DNA of 63,062 nucleotides from a virus (taxonomy: Duplodnaviria; Caudoviricetes): the IMG/VR virus record IMGVR_UViG_3300033429_000003, positions 1-63,062 of that record. The stretch is one strand, 5' to 3'. The notes under the pieces are model-generated. The model did no database searches and was not told where the DNA came from. It worked only from the letters and a program-made list of their open reading frames with translations. Shown piece after piece: positions 45,731 to 55,199 of this stretch. A program made the translations under genes and the position numbers. Each line of letters begins with the position of its first letter. Within the stretch, counting starts at the first letter, position 1.

Positions 45731-46456
45731 GTGCTCATGGCTAGGTTGTCGGAGTGGTCACCATACACCAGGTATGTGCAAGCTGGCCTGGTTGATGGCC
45801 AGTTCCTGAATGCGTCGTTCACCCTGCTGGCAGCGGGCCCGCCGAGGCTTGCCAACGTGGGTGGGGCGACGGCGATTGGCGCCGAAGGTTCTGCCAACGA
45901 GCTGGTGTTTCCCATCGGCATCGTCCAGAACTTCAATCTCGGCCACAACCGGCAGTTCAACCGGGTGTGGGAGGTTGGTTCTGAGCGAAGCTTCTTCATC
46001 AGTGGCAGGACCATGGGGCAGCTCAGTTTGAGCCGCATCATGTATCATGGCCCATCGCTGCTGCGCGTGCTGTACGCCTACTACCAGGACTTGTTCCCGC
46101 CGACGTTGATCCCCTCAGCCATCGGCGCGAACAACCTGGGGGCTTTGACGGTGGCGAACGCCCACAACGTCAAGATCCCTGCCGGCTTCGAGAACATGTA
46201 TCTGAACCTCGCTTCAGACCTGTTCGGTCAGCCAATCGGGATGATGGTGTACTTCCGGGACAGCAACGAAGACACGATGGGCTCCATCTACCTTGAGGGC
46301 TGTGTCATCCCGAACCACTCTTTGGGCACAGACGCCCAGGGAACCATCATCCAGGAGAACGCCGGGGTGCAGTTCGAGCGGACAGTGCCTGTTGCGGTGA
46401 GCGCGCTTGCACTGGTCGGGCTCAACGCCTCGGATGAAGCACTCGCCGGTTTCTAG
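45731..46456 (+). CDS. Tail tube protein
   Basis: IGIVQNF...RVWEVGS..F..GRT, YLEGC, IIQEN; follows the sheath. Confidence 0.75.
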   Translation: MLMARLSEWSPYTRYVQAGLVDGQFLNASFTLLAAGPPRLANVGGATAIGAEGSANELVFPIGIVQNFNLGHNRQFNRVWEVGSERSFFISGRTMGQLSLSRIMYHGPSLLRVLYAYYQDLFPPTLIPSAIGANNLGALTVANAHNVKIPAGFENMYLNLASDLFGQPIGMMVYFRDSNEDTMGSIYLEGCVIPNHSLGTDAQGTIIQENAGVQFERTVPVAVSALALVGLNASDEALAGF

Positions 46457-46465
46457 GGGTAACTG

Positions 46466-46678
46466 ATGCTCTTGAAGCTGTCACGCCTGGCGGCGAAGTT
46501 GGCCGCTAGTGTACCCGGTATCCCCAACTTGGCTGGGGAGAACGGGGCGCACTTGCTTGGCCAGAACCCCCACGGCACGGAAGGCCGCCTTCAGCGCTTG
46601 GCTGCCCCGAGAGCAAAGCTCAAGAAGATGGAGGGCCCTCGGGCCTATGCTCCCAGGCTGGGGGCGCCCAGTCCTTAA
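46466..46678 (+). CDS. Small basic protein with KLA motif
   Basis: MLLKLSRLAAKLAAS. Confidence 0.45.
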   Translation: MLLKLSRLAAKLAASVPGIPNLAGENGAHLLGQNPHGTEGRLQRLAAPRAKLKKMEGPRAYAPRLGAPSP

Positions 46679-46729
46679 GATCGGGGTCTCCTTTTGTCAT
46701 GGTCTCCCAACCAGGATAAGCTGACCCTC

Positions 46730-46778
46730 CCCCAGACCGAGTGACTCCATCCTCTCGGTCTGGGGACTTCTCTTTCTC
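46730..46778 (+). terminator. Probable terminator ending the structural operon
   Basis: 12-bp stem CCCCAGACCGAG/CTCGGTCTGGGG then a pyrimidine-rich tract. Confidence 0.55.
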
Positions 46779-46868
46779 CTGTGAAAACATTTGATAGTTG
46801 CGCGGGATAAGACTTGTGTACGTCTTACCTGTATAACTGACGTTCTCACGGTTCTCATAGGAGATCAC

Positions 46869-47216
46869 ATGGCCGAAAAGAAAGAAGAAAAGAGAATAGA
46901 CGTCCGCAAGGACCACCTGTCCAACCCCCGGACCCGGCTGTGGTTGGGGGCTCTGGTGTCTGTACAACTGCAAGCGGTGGGTACTATTACTTTATTCCTG
47001 GGAGAGGACGGAAAGGTTAGAGTTGCCAACCCCTTACACGTTTACCTTGGGCCACAGGCAATGATAGATGACGAATCTGAAGATGAAAGACCTTTCAGGT
47101 GGGTGAGGCCGGTGATAGGGGAGGCCAAGCCCCAGTTCGCAGCGTGGCGGGACGACACTCTTTGGGAGATAGAGTTCACAGATGGGCACAGCAGCAAGGA
47201 AGAAACAGGCGACTGA
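46869..47216 (+). CDS. Hypothetical protein
   Basis: AGGAG RBS at MAEKKEE. Confidence 0.6.
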   Translation: MAEKKEEKRIDVRKDHLSNPRTRLWLGALVSVQLQAVGTITLFLGEDGKVRVANPLHVYLGPQAMIDDESEDERPFRWVRPVIGEAKPQFAAWRDDTLWEIEFTDGHSSKEETGD

Positions 47217-47592
47217 CATCATCACCAGCGTGTTCAGGGGCATCAAAGAGGCGGAAGTGGGGGTGGCGGGCGTCCACATTACGATAGACGCGCGGCTTGC
47301 CGGTAGGATGATGGTGAGCATCTATCGGCTCTTGACGGGAGAAATGCCTCAGTCGCCGGGCATTGAGATTGAATTCCGGGCCGACGAGCTACCTGCCGTG
47401 GAACTTGCCTCTCCTACTGAGAGGGGCCCGAACCGGGCGTTGTACGTTCAGGCAGGAGGAGGACCTGGCGAGCCGGACGTCATTTGGGAAGAGGGAGACC
47501 ATGCCGAAGAAGGAATCGGAAGTAGCTTGGACGGAGCTCGACCATATCAGGGTGCAAGAGGGCTTCAACCTCCGAAGAAAGGTAAAGCCTGA
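47182..47592 (+). CDS. Hypothetical protein
   Basis: Overlapping operon ORF. Confidence 0.5.
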   Translation: MGTAARKKQATDIITSVFRGIKEAEVGVAGVHITIDARLAGRMMVSIYRLLTGEMPQSPGIEIEFRADELPAVELASPTERGPNRALYVQAGGGPGEPDVIWEEGDHAEEGIGSSLDGARPYQGARGLQPPKKGKA

Positions 47593-48343
47593 CCCGGAGT
47601 TGGTGACGAGGATCAAGAAGGATGGAGTCCTTCATCCGATCCATATCCGCAACGTCCCCGAAGGCACGCACTACCTGCTCGTTGACGGTGAGCGCCGCTA
47701 CCGAGCCGCCAAGGAGGCGGGGCTCAAGAGTATTCCTGTCATCCTTCACGACTCGATGTCGGATGAAGAGGCGATGCTCTTCTCTTACCGGGCGAACGAG
47801 GCACAGAAACCTTGGACGACAGGTCAGAAGTTCAAGATGTTCCTGCGGCTGAGCGAGCTCGGGTGGGAACCAGACAAAATTGGAGAGGCCTTGCTGGTGA
47901 GCAGCAAGACCGTGCTGGAGTACCTCAGAACCAAGGAGAAGGGCTCTCTGAAGATCAAGGAGGCCCTGGAGAACGATGAGGTCTCCTCAAGGGTATCTTC
48001 GAGGGTATCCGGCCTCCCGAAGAGGAAACAGGTCAAGGTTCTGGGGAAGATAGCAGGTAAGAAGACGAAGGAATCCCTGCAGCTGGTGCAGGAAGAGGAA
48101 CTCAAGGAGAAGTCCAAGGGAAAGGATAGGTCGAAGGTAGAACACAACTACCATTTGCCCGAAGACGTGGTTGACCGCTTCCGCGAGCTAGAGAAGCTGA
48201 TCCACCAACAACTGGACCTGGCACCACGTCACAAGGTGCTTAAAGGTCAGTTAGACGTGATACGAGTACTGAAGGGTAAAAAGACGTTGGAGGACATATT
48301 CCCCGACTACGTTATGGAACTCAGGAGAAGTCATGGCGGGTAA
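47501..48343 (+). CDS. ParB/Srx-like N-domain protein with HTH
   Basis: FNLR, GVLHPI, LVDGERRYRAA, then IGEALLVS. Confidence 0.85.
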   Translation: MPKKESEVAWTELDHIRVQEGFNLRRKVKPDPELVTRIKKDGVLHPIHIRNVPEGTHYLLVDGERRYRAAKEAGLKSIPVILHDSMSDEEAMLFSYRANEAQKPWTTGQKFKMFLRLSELGWEPDKIGEALLVSSKTVLEYLRTKEKGSLKIKEALENDEVSSRVSSRVSGLPKRKQVKVLGKIAGKKTKESLQLVQEEELKEKSKGKDRSKVEHNYHLPEDVVDRFRELEKLIHQQLDLAPRHKVLKGQLDVIRVLKGKKTLEDIFPDYVMELRRSHGG

Positions 48344-48713
48344 CACGAAACTCATCGGGTTTATGGGTAGCCAGGTGGTACTCGAGCGGTGGGGTGAGAA
48401 AGTGACGGTGGAAGTGGGCAAAGAGGCCGTGCAAGCCATTCACAAGGCTTGCGCCGATGACCTTCCTCGAAGGCCTCTTTCTCATCAGGTAGGGCGTTTC
48501 AATCTAAGCGTGGAGTACGACACCCTCTACGGGCAAGGTGTGTTGAGGATGAACCCGAAGGTCTTGGACCTGTTCGAGGACTTCCTGCATCAAACCATGG
48601 CGGAGGTACCCCCCGGCTTTGCCCAGTACCACCGAGAAATGGTGTCGGATGTAGAGAGGGTGCTGAAGGAGCACCGAGAGTACACCAGCACTGATGAGCC
48701 GGGGTTGCCATGA
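48333..48713 (+). CDS. Hypothetical protein
   Basis: AGGAG RBS; coupled to neighbours. Confidence 0.6.
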   Translation: MAGNTKLIGFMGSQVVLERWGEKVTVEVGKEAVQAIHKACADDLPRRPLSHQVGRFNLSVEYDTLYGQGVLRMNPKVLDLFEDFLHQTMAEVPPGFAQYHREMVSDVERVLKEHREYTSTDEPGLP

Positions 48714-49240
48714 AGATACTGATGGACGTGGATGGGGTGGTGGCCGACACTGCCAACCATTTGTTTGACTTACTGGGCATCAGTCAGGAGGAAAGGAAGA
48801 AGTTCAGGAAGTGGGCGTTCCTGTCTGAGCTGAGCGAGGAAGATGAGAAGAGGGGGCGGGCGCTGCTCAAGGACCCACACTTCTGGGAGACCATCCCCCT
48901 CATGGAGGGGGCGAAGCGGGGCATTAGAGAGATCAAGCACCTAGGACACCGCATCACGTGGCTGACCGCTCCGTATACCTCTTGTCCAGAGTGGGGAGCG
49001 GTGAGGAGAAGGTGGGTAAACAGGAACTTTGGGGGTGGCGAGCCGGTCATCATCGAGAAGGAGAAGGAGAAGATAGATGGGGACGCCCTGATCGATGACA
49101 AGCCAGACAACATTCGAAAATGGTACAAGGCCCGCCCTCTCGGCCATGCGGTCCTTTTTGACACGCAGTTCAACCGAGACTTCGAGTGGCGCACTCGGGC
49201 GAACTGGTCGAACATGATCAAGACGCTAAAGTGGCTATGA
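48710..49240 (+). CDS. 5'(3')-deoxyribonucleotidase (HAD family)
   Basis: MDVDGVVAD, LTAP, LIDDKPDN. Confidence 0.88.
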   Translation: MKILMDVDGVVADTANHLFDLLGISQEERKKFRKWAFLSELSEEDEKRGRALLKDPHFWETIPLMEGAKRGIREIKHLGHRITWLTAPYTSCPEWGAVRRRWVNRNFGGGEPVIIEKEKEKIDGDALIDDKPDNIRKWYKARPLGHAVLFDTQFNRDFEWRTRANWSNMIKTLKWL

Positions 49241-49656
49241 ACCCACTTGACGCCTCGTGGGCCCGCAAGAAGCGCCCTCCCAAGAAGGAAGAGCCCGCCA
49301 AGGGCGACGCCCCGTTCTTGGGGGTCCGCAACGAGGCTCAGGTAGCCTGCGGGGAAGTAGTAGTCTTCGAGGTGCGGGGAGTCTCTGGGCTCCAGTCTGG
49401 GCACTACAAGCTGCGCTACAGCCCCGGTGCGTCACTCAGGTGGTATCTTAGGTGCCTGAGAATGCTCAACGTCGCCACTAGAGTAGCCATTTACGATGTG
49501 GGCCTGCCGGGCAAGGGTAGGCTCCGGCTGCGCTACCGGCCCGCCCCCACCTCCAAGATCCTCCTCCTGCCCCCCGGGCTCAGCCCGAGCACGCATCTTC
49601 AGAGGTCCTCGGTGGACGCCCAACGAGTGGCGTCCAAGATGGATACAGACCAGTAG
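49237..49656 (+). CDS. Hypothetical protein
   Basis: ATGA overlap. Confidence 0.55.
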   Translation: MNPLDASWARKKRPPKKEEPAKGDAPFLGVRNEAQVACGEVVVFEVRGVSGLQSGHYKLRYSPGASLRWYLRCLRMLNVATRVAIYDVGLPGKGRLRLRYRPAPTSKILLLPPGLSPSTHLQRSSVDAQRVASKMDTDQ

Positions 49657-49678
49657 TACAACCCAAAAGGATGGAAGA

Positions 49679-50758
49679 ATGATTAACCGGAAAAAGGCAC
49701 AAGAACGTCTACAAGACCTGGTCAACCAGGGTAAGAGTCAGGGCGTCAAGCTTCTTCAGCACCTACGAGACAACATACCGAAAGACTACAAGGTTCCTCA
49801 CAACAAGCTGGACTTCCGGTGTACTGGGATAAAATGGGACTCGGTGAAGTTGGAGGTAGGAGGTGGTGGCGGGCTGAGCCTGCATAGGAACGCCCTGAGC
49901 CAGATTTGCCAGAAGGCTGGAGTCCCTAAGAAGTATGCGGACACACTTCTGGCTGACGGTCAGGCGGACCTCCTTGCTCATAACCTCTACAACCGATTCC
50001 ACCGTATGGTGCCGGGCAAGAGAGGAGAAATCCCCACATTTCTTGTGAGAGAGGTGAACGGCGAAGTCCGTGGGTTCCTGAGTGACAGGTACAAGCGTTG
50101 GGACTCATGCGGCATCATCGAGGCTTTCACGGGTGTTGCGGGCGCGGTGAGAGCAGTACCAGTCCAGGCTAGCGCCCTGGATACCAAGTTCTTCCTCAAG
50201 GTTGTGATGGATAAGATTTTCGACGTGGGGAAGGACCTATTCCTGTTTGGTGTCTGCTTGCGGCACAGCGACTTCGGGGATGGGGCGCTCAGCTTGATGT
50301 CCTACATCACCCGGCTCGTCTGCAACAACGGCATGCTCGGGGACGACAAGTTCAGGAAGATTCACCTGGGTGCTCGCATTGACGACAACGTGGATTTGAG
50401 CGAGAGGACCTATCAGCTTGACTCCCAGACGATGATAAGTGCGGTCAAGGATATTACTTCTGCGATGCTGAATGAGGACATGGTCGCGGTCAAGCTGCAG
50501 AGGATAAAGGAGGCACAAGAGAGGGTAATAGACGCCACCGAGAAGCTCCAGGTGTTGCGCAAGAGCAGCAAGATCACAAAGCCGGAAGAGGAGAAGATTT
50601 CAGAGCTCTACCGCTCGGCCGAGGTCGAGCTCCTCCCTCCGGGCAACTCCGTCTGGCGGCTCTCCAACGCTGTCAGCCTGTTCGCGCAGGACGTTGAGCC
50701 CGCCCGTGGGCTCGAGCTCGAGTCCCTGGCTGGTTCCCTGATTGGCATGGCCGCGTAG
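49679..50758 (+). CDS. DUF932-like phage protein
   Basis: RGFLSDRY, HSDFG, RLVCNNG, IHLG, W.L.NAV. Confidence 0.75.
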   Translation: MINRKKAQERLQDLVNQGKSQGVKLLQHLRDNIPKDYKVPHNKLDFRCTGIKWDSVKLEVGGGGGLSLHRNALSQICQKAGVPKKYADTLLADGQADLLAHNLYNRFHRMVPGKRGEIPTFLVREVNGEVRGFLSDRYKRWDSCGIIEAFTGVAGAVRAVPVQASALDTKFFLKVVMDKIFDVGKDLFLFGVCLRHSDFGDGALSLMSYITRLVCNNGMLGDDKFRKIHLGARIDDNVDLSERTYQLDSQTMISAVKDITSAMLNEDMVAVKLQRIKEAQERVIDATEKLQVLRKSSKITKPEEEKISELYRSAEVELLPPGNSVWRLSNAVSLFAQDVEPARGLELESLAGSLIGMAA

Positions 50759-50767
50759 GAGAATGAG

Positions 50768-51019
50768 ATGGAATTGAAACACTGCGTCATGGACCTCGAG
50801 GACATCGTTCGGGGAATGCATGAGCGCATACAGCACAACGTAGACGATGTCAGAAAGATGGACAGGGCCCTGACCCCGGTGGAAGACGCCCGCTTTGAGG
50901 TGGGCACCCTGCTGCTGAAGGACGTCGTGGACGACCTCGAACAAGTCATAGCTGCGTGGAAAGACAATGCGCCTGCTAGGCGCGTGACAGAAATAGCTAT
51001 CAAAGAGGAAGGAACCTAG
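50768..51019 (+). CDS. Hypothetical protein
   Basis: AGGAG RBS. Confidence 0.6.
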   Translation: MELKHCVMDLEDIVRGMHERIQHNVDDVRKMDRALTPVEDARFEVGTLLLKDVVDDLEQVIAAWKDNAPARRVTEIAIKEEGT

Positions 51020-51031
51020 AAACTGTTGGGG

Positions 51032-51057
51032 AGAGAGGGGGCTACGGCCCCCTCTCT
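51032..51057 (+). terminator. Hairpin with cUACGg tetraloop, no U-tract
   Basis: AGAGAGGGGGC-TACG-GCCCCCTCTCT, 11-bp perfect stem. Confidence 0.55.
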
Positions 51058-51072
51058 GTCCGGGAGACCGTT

Positions 51073-53082
51073 ATGGGAAAATCGTTAGAGTTCAGCCGTT
51101 TGGAGGAAAATGACGTACCGCGGGTGAGTAATATCATTCAGGAAGGAGGGCTTCTCTCAAAACACTTAGTGGGCTACAGGCCTCGGCCGGGTCAGCGTGA
51201 GTTGGCTGAGGCGGTAGAGACGTCCATAGCAGGTCGCCATCACCTCCTGGCGGAGGCTGCAACCGGTGTGGGAAAAAGCTGTGGGTACGGGCTGCCAGCG
51301 GCCCTACACGCCGTCGTCAACGTGGAGACCGTCGTCATCGCCACAGCCAACATCACCCTGCAAGAGCAACTCAGCGGCAAGGACCTGCCTTTAATTGCTG
51401 AGATCGTGGAAGAAGCCACCGGAAAAGACCTAAACTTCAAACTTATCAAGGGGATGAGTAATTATCTCTGTCTTGACAGGCTGAGCGAGGCTACGGGCGA
51501 GGAGGAGTGGTATGACGACGTTCGGGGGTGGGCTGAGGACACGGAGACCGGAGACAAGAGCGAGCTGGAGGTGGAGTACCCGCCGGCCGTCTGGGGCAAG
51601 CTCTCCACTAATTCGGAGGATTGCCTGCGGGGCAAGTGCAAATTCATCGAGCAATGCTTCGTGTACAAAGCAAGGGGAGCCGAGGAGTTCCCCCATATCG
51701 TAGTGACCAACTACCATATGCTTTTTACGGACCTGGCGGTGCGGGAGGCGACTGAAGGTCACGTAGGCGTGCTGCCGCCCTACGACATCCTCATCATGGA
51801 CGAGGCGCACGAGGCCAAGGACATCGCCATGGCCTTTCAGGGGTTCGAGTTTACTGGGGGCAAGGTCCGGTGGCTGGCCAACCGGCTACGGGGGACGAAG
51901 ATTGAGGGGGCCTCTGCCCGCGCGGACCGCCTGCTCAACATCTCGGAGCATTTCTTTAACCGCCTGGTGTCGTATCAGGACCCACAGAGGAGGGACGCCA
52001 TCATTCGTGGGCCCCTCGGGTGGGATGAGGGGTTGGTAGCGAGCCTGAAGAACACCTCTGACTTCCTGCGCAATCACGCCAAGAGCGAGAAGCCCGAGGA
52101 TGACGACGCCAAGAATGCCCTTGCGCGCATCGAGAAGCTTGGTGAGGTGTTCCTGCGGAGACATGCCGAGCTGAGCGGGGTGTGCTTTGGGATAGGAGAC
52201 CCTCCCGCGCTTCCCCCAGGGATGGTCTACTACGTGGAGAAGCGCCAGCGTGGGGACGTGAGCTTGTGCTGCAAGGGAGTGGAGGTACAGCAGTTCCTCC
52301 GAGACCACCTGTTCGACAAGAAGACGGTCATCGGTACGTCGGCGACGATGACGACGAATGGCCACTTCATGTTCATCGCTTCCGAGCTCGGGCTCGAGCA
52401 GGGGGACTACGCAGCTCTCGTAGTTTCTAGCCCCTTTGACCCCCAGAGAATGCTGGTGCTCCTTCCCTCGAGCATGCCTGACCCTCGGGACCGTGAAGCG
52501 CACATGCAGGCAGTTGCGGAGGCTGTGGTCTACCTGAAGGAGCAGTTGGGTGGGCAAATCATGGCCCTGTTCACCAGCTACAAGGCCATGAACCATGCAG
52601 CCCAACTCCTCAAGAGGCGGCGGCCCAAAGACTACATCCTGGTGCAAGGGGAGCTGCCCAAGTCTCGCATCATCGAGTGTTTCAAGAGTACCGACAAGGC
52701 GGTCATCATGGCTACTTCCTCTTTTTGGCAGGGAGTAGACATTCCTGGAAAAGCGTTGAGTTGTCTGATAATAGACAAGTTTCCCTTCCTTCCTCCGACA
52801 GACCCTGTACTGAAGTACATGGAGGACCGGTTGGGGTCAGACGGCATGTCTGCCTTCTTCGACTACAGCGTGCCGAAAGCGGTCATCTCGATGAAGCAGG
52901 GGGTTGGACGCCTGATCAGAACCGAAACTGACGTCGGGGTGGTGGTGCTGTGCGACAACCGCCTAACCACCAAGGGCTATGGAGCCCAGTTTGAGCGGGC
53001 CCTCCCCTATGGGCACTACAGGTCCAATAGACTATCTGATGCCAAAGCCTTCTTAGATGAAATGTCTGATAGCCTGTCGTAA
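51073..53082 (+). CDS. dinG: DinG/YoaA-family Fe-S helicase
   Basis: RPGQ, EAATGVGKS, Fe-S Cys, DEAH, SAT, FWQGVD, QGVGRLIR. Confidence 0.93.
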   Translation: MGKSLEFSRLEENDVPRVSNIIQEGGLLSKHLVGYRPRPGQRELAEAVETSIAGRHHLLAEAATGVGKSCGYGLPAALHAVVNVETVVIATANITLQEQLSGKDLPLIAEIVEEATGKDLNFKLIKGMSNYLCLDRLSEATGEEEWYDDVRGWAEDTETGDKSELEVEYPPAVWGKLSTNSEDCLRGKCKFIEQCFVYKARGAEEFPHIVVTNYHMLFTDLAVREATEGHVGVLPPYDILIMDEAHEAKDIAMAFQGFEFTGGKVRWLANRLRGTKIEGASARADRLLNISEHFFNRLVSYQDPQRRDAIIRGPLGWDEGLVASLKNTSDFLRNHAKSEKPEDDDAKNALARIEKLGEVFLRRHAELSGVCFGIGDPPALPPGMVYYVEKRQRGDVSLCCKGVEVQQFLRDHLFDKKTVIGTSATMTTNGHFMFIASELGLEQGDYAALVVSSPFDPQRMLVLLPSSMPDPRDREAHMQAVAEAVVYLKEQLGGQIMALFTSYKAMNHAAQLLKRRRPKDYILVQGELPKSRIIECFKSTDKAVIMATSSFWQGVDIPGKALSCLIIDKFPFLPPTDPVLKYMEDRLGSDGMSAFFDYSVPKAVISMKQGVGRLIRTETDVGVVVLCDNRLTTKGYGAQFERALPYGHYRSNRLSDAKAFLDEMSDSLS

Positions 53083-53148
53083 GGTCTTTCATTCATTGAT
53101 AAAGTGTGGTTAGGCTCATACGGATGAGAGGTCATGAAGAGGTTCTAG

Positions 53149-53697
53149 ATGAAAGGGAAGGTAGTCCATCTTCCTGATGAGGTTCACAAGCTGCTCAAGG
53201 AACGTTGTGAGGAAGCCGCCGTTTCGATGACGGAGTTCGTGACAGCTCTCATCAAGGATGAGCTTACCAAGCCGGCAGGAAGAGTAGGTTACCCCGTACC
53301 TAGAAAGAAGCTACTCACCTTGTCGGATGAACATGAGGAACTTCCTGTATACTCACTGCCCCCGTTTTGGGCAATGAGAGGGAGACCTAGGGAGGCCCGC
53401 AATGAGCAATCTGAAAGAGTTGAAGGCTGTGCAGGGGCGTTTGGTGAAGGACCGGAAGAGGGCCGAGGGCGAGGTGAAGAAGATCGAGTCTACCTTGCAG
53501 AAGATAGAGGCGGCTATTTCGGAGCTTCAGGGCGTGAGCAAGAAGGAGAAGAGCCCTTCGACGAAGGGTGCAAAGGGGGAGGTTGGACGACGGACTTGGA
53601 CGGAGGAGCAGAAGAGGGAGGCGGCGGAGCGGATGAAGAGGATTTGGGCGAAGAAGAAACGGGCGAAGAAGAAGGCGGAAAGAGACGGATTGTCTGA
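53149..53697 (+). CDS. Ribbon-helix-helix-like DNA-binding protein (C-terminal half doubtful)
   Basis: VVHLPDEVHKLLKERC...SMTEFVTALI; tail overlaps the next gene in another frame. Confidence 0.5.
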   Translation: MKGKVVHLPDEVHKLLKERCEEAAVSMTEFVTALIKDELTKPAGRVGYPVPRKKLLTLSDEHEELPVYSLPPFWAMRGRPREARNEQSERVEGCAGAFGEGPEEGRGRGEEDRVYLAEDRGGYFGASGREQEGEEPFDEGCKGGGWTTDLDGGAEEGGGGADEEDLGEEETGEEEGGKRRIV

Positions 53698-53764
53698 GTC
53701 CCAGGGAGGCGAGGGAGCCGCAGTGCGGCCAGAGATGGTTGTCCCGCCCCAGGCTGTAGCGTAG
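53402..53764 (+). CDS. Basic coiled-coil protein, possibly DNA-binding
   Basis: GGAGG RBS; RRTWTEEQKREAAERMKRIWAKKK. Confidence 0.65.
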   Translation: MSNLKELKAVQGRLVKDRKRAEGEVKKIESTLQKIEAAISELQGVSKKEKSPSTKGAKGEVGRRTWTEEQKREAAERMKRIWAKKKRAKKKAERDGLSESQGGEGAAVRPEMVVPPQAVA

Positions 53765-53794
53765 CCTTGGAGTGGTAACTTAGGCGTCAACTAG

Positions 53795-53832
53795 GGGCGC
53801 CCACTGATTGCCAGTGGGCGCCCTTTATTTTT
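53795..53832 (+). terminator. Rho-independent terminator
   Basis: 12-bp stem GGGCGCCCACTG/CAGTGGGCGCCC then TTTATTTTT. Confidence 0.85.
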
Positions 53833-54148
53833 GGGGGACATCGTGAAACACGAAGACGCGTCGTTGGACTACAAGGAGTTGGCACTAGAAGGGATGGAGA
53901 TCCTATCCAATCCTCGCATCAACAAGCAGCACAGAACCCGCCTGAGAGAAATCATACGAGACATCTGCTCCCAATTCGGTGAGACTGCTTGTGAGTTACG
54001 TTCTCTTGAGATGGCGGGCCTGAACGGCAAGGACAAGATCAAGCTAGCTAGGCTCCAGAGCTTGCACAACCGTGTGGTCAACATCCAGGTCTGCCCGGAG
54101 TGTAAAGAGCAATTTGATTCCTTGTTAGAGGAGTCCAGATACCTCTGA
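53831..54148 (+). CDS. Hypothetical protein
   Basis: CPEC near the C-terminus; start probably the downstream GTG. Confidence 0.55.
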   Translation: MGDIVKHEDASLDYKELALEGMEILSNPRINKQHRTRLREIIRDICSQFGETACELRSLEMAGLNGKDKIKLARLQSLHNRVVNIQVCPECKEQFDSLLEESRYL

Positions 54149-54156
54149 GGTATGAA

Positions 54157-54717
54157 ATGAAGCCAAGAGTCATAGGATTCGGGCATCAGGCCCGGGTGGG
54201 AAAAGACACTGCAGGCAGGTACCTACTTTACAAAATCATGGGTACTAAGCGTCGGGCCTTTGGGGACTCCATAAAAGAAGCCTGTGCCGCGATCTTTGGA
54301 TTTACTGACGCGCAACTCCATGGGAACATGAAGGAGGTGGTAGACCCTTTCTGGGGGGTGACCCCGAGAAGTATGCTCCAACGAGTAGGAACGGAAGCTA
54401 TAAGAAATGAGGTGGGCAAGGACGTTTGGGTGAAATCGTGGGAGAGCTACCTGAACAACCACAGTCATTTTAATAGACTGTGGGTTGTACCTGACGTGCG
54501 ATTTCCGAATGAAGCTGACGCTGTGAAGAGGGCGGGGGGTATAGTGGTAAGGATCGACCGACTGGCAAAGTTGAGAGACAAAGTTCCCGACCATGAATCG
54601 GAGAGGGCGCTCATTCACTACGATGACTGGGATTATGTTGTCAACAACGACGGGAGAACTCTGGACTCATTCTTCAAGAAGATGGACGAGTTCATAGAGG
54701 AGTTCCGCCTTTTGTAG
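54157..54717 (+). CDS. Deoxynucleoside monophosphate kinase
   Basis: GHQARVGKDT, TPRSMLQRVGTE, DVRFPNE, HESE. Confidence 0.9.
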   Translation: MKPRVIGFGHQARVGKDTAGRYLLYKIMGTKRRAFGDSIKEACAAIFGFTDAQLHGNMKEVVDPFWGVTPRSMLQRVGTEAIRNEVGKDVWVKSWESYLNNHSHFNRLWVVPDVRFPNEADAVKRAGGIVVRIDRLAKLRDKVPDHESERALIHYDDWDYVVNNDGRTLDSFFKKMDEFIEEFRLL

Positions 54718-54729
54718 CGGGGTCTGTTA

Positions 54730-54951
54730 ATGATCAAAGCTCTGGGTAGTACCGAAGGTAAGCCCTGTGTGCTCTTGGGCATGACTCTAGAAGACCTAGA
54801 ACCGCTGAAGCCTGGTGGCGGGGGGCACTGGTTGAGGATCGACCTGCAAGACTTAGGGATGGAATTGTGTGTGACACTGATAGTAGGTGAAGACCTCGAG
54901 TCCCTTGTTGGGCAGTTCGATTCGATGAAGAGCCCCCAGACCTTGAATTGA
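54730..54951 (+). CDS. Hypothetical protein
   Basis: Operon packing. Confidence 0.5.
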   Translation: MIKALGSTEGKPCVLLGMTLEDLEPLKPGGGGHWLRIDLQDLGMELCVTLIVGEDLESLVGQFDSMKSPQTLN

Positions 54952-55199
54952 CACTTTTGGAGGCCGCCATGCCCCAAGTCACGTACAAGTTTGACCTGCC
55001 AGAGGAAGTAGAAGAACTGGATGACTTCTCGAAGGGCCCTAGCTACCGAAAAGCATTCCGTGAAGTGTGGTTTAGGGTGCGAGACAAATGTAAATACGGG
55101 GGCGACTCTTTGTCAGAGGATGAGCTCAAAGCGTACAACCAGGTGAGGGACTGGATTTGCGGCTCTTGCAGTGATGAAGGGGTAGAGGTGCCCTGGTGA
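54948..55199 (+). CDS. Hypothetical protein
   Basis: FDLPEE...RDKCKYG; GGAGG before the internal MPQ start. Confidence 0.6.
   Translation: MTLLEAAMPQVTYKFDLPEEVEELDDFSKGPSYRKAFREVWFRVRDKCKYGGDSLSEDELKAYNQVRDWICGSCSDEGVEVPW

Noticed and set aside
45731-46678. Tail-chaperone frameshift and tape measure gene after the tube
   Set aside because: No slippery site or long helical ORF follows; these genes are presumably outside the window.
47363-47500. Upstream extensions of ORF-track calls (also 49496, 31630, 46791, 33824)
   Set aside because: Downstream ATGs with better RBS or promoter context fit better.
53700-53790. Possible tRNA-like element before the terminator
   Set aside because: No T-loop GTTCRA or cloverleaf could be built.
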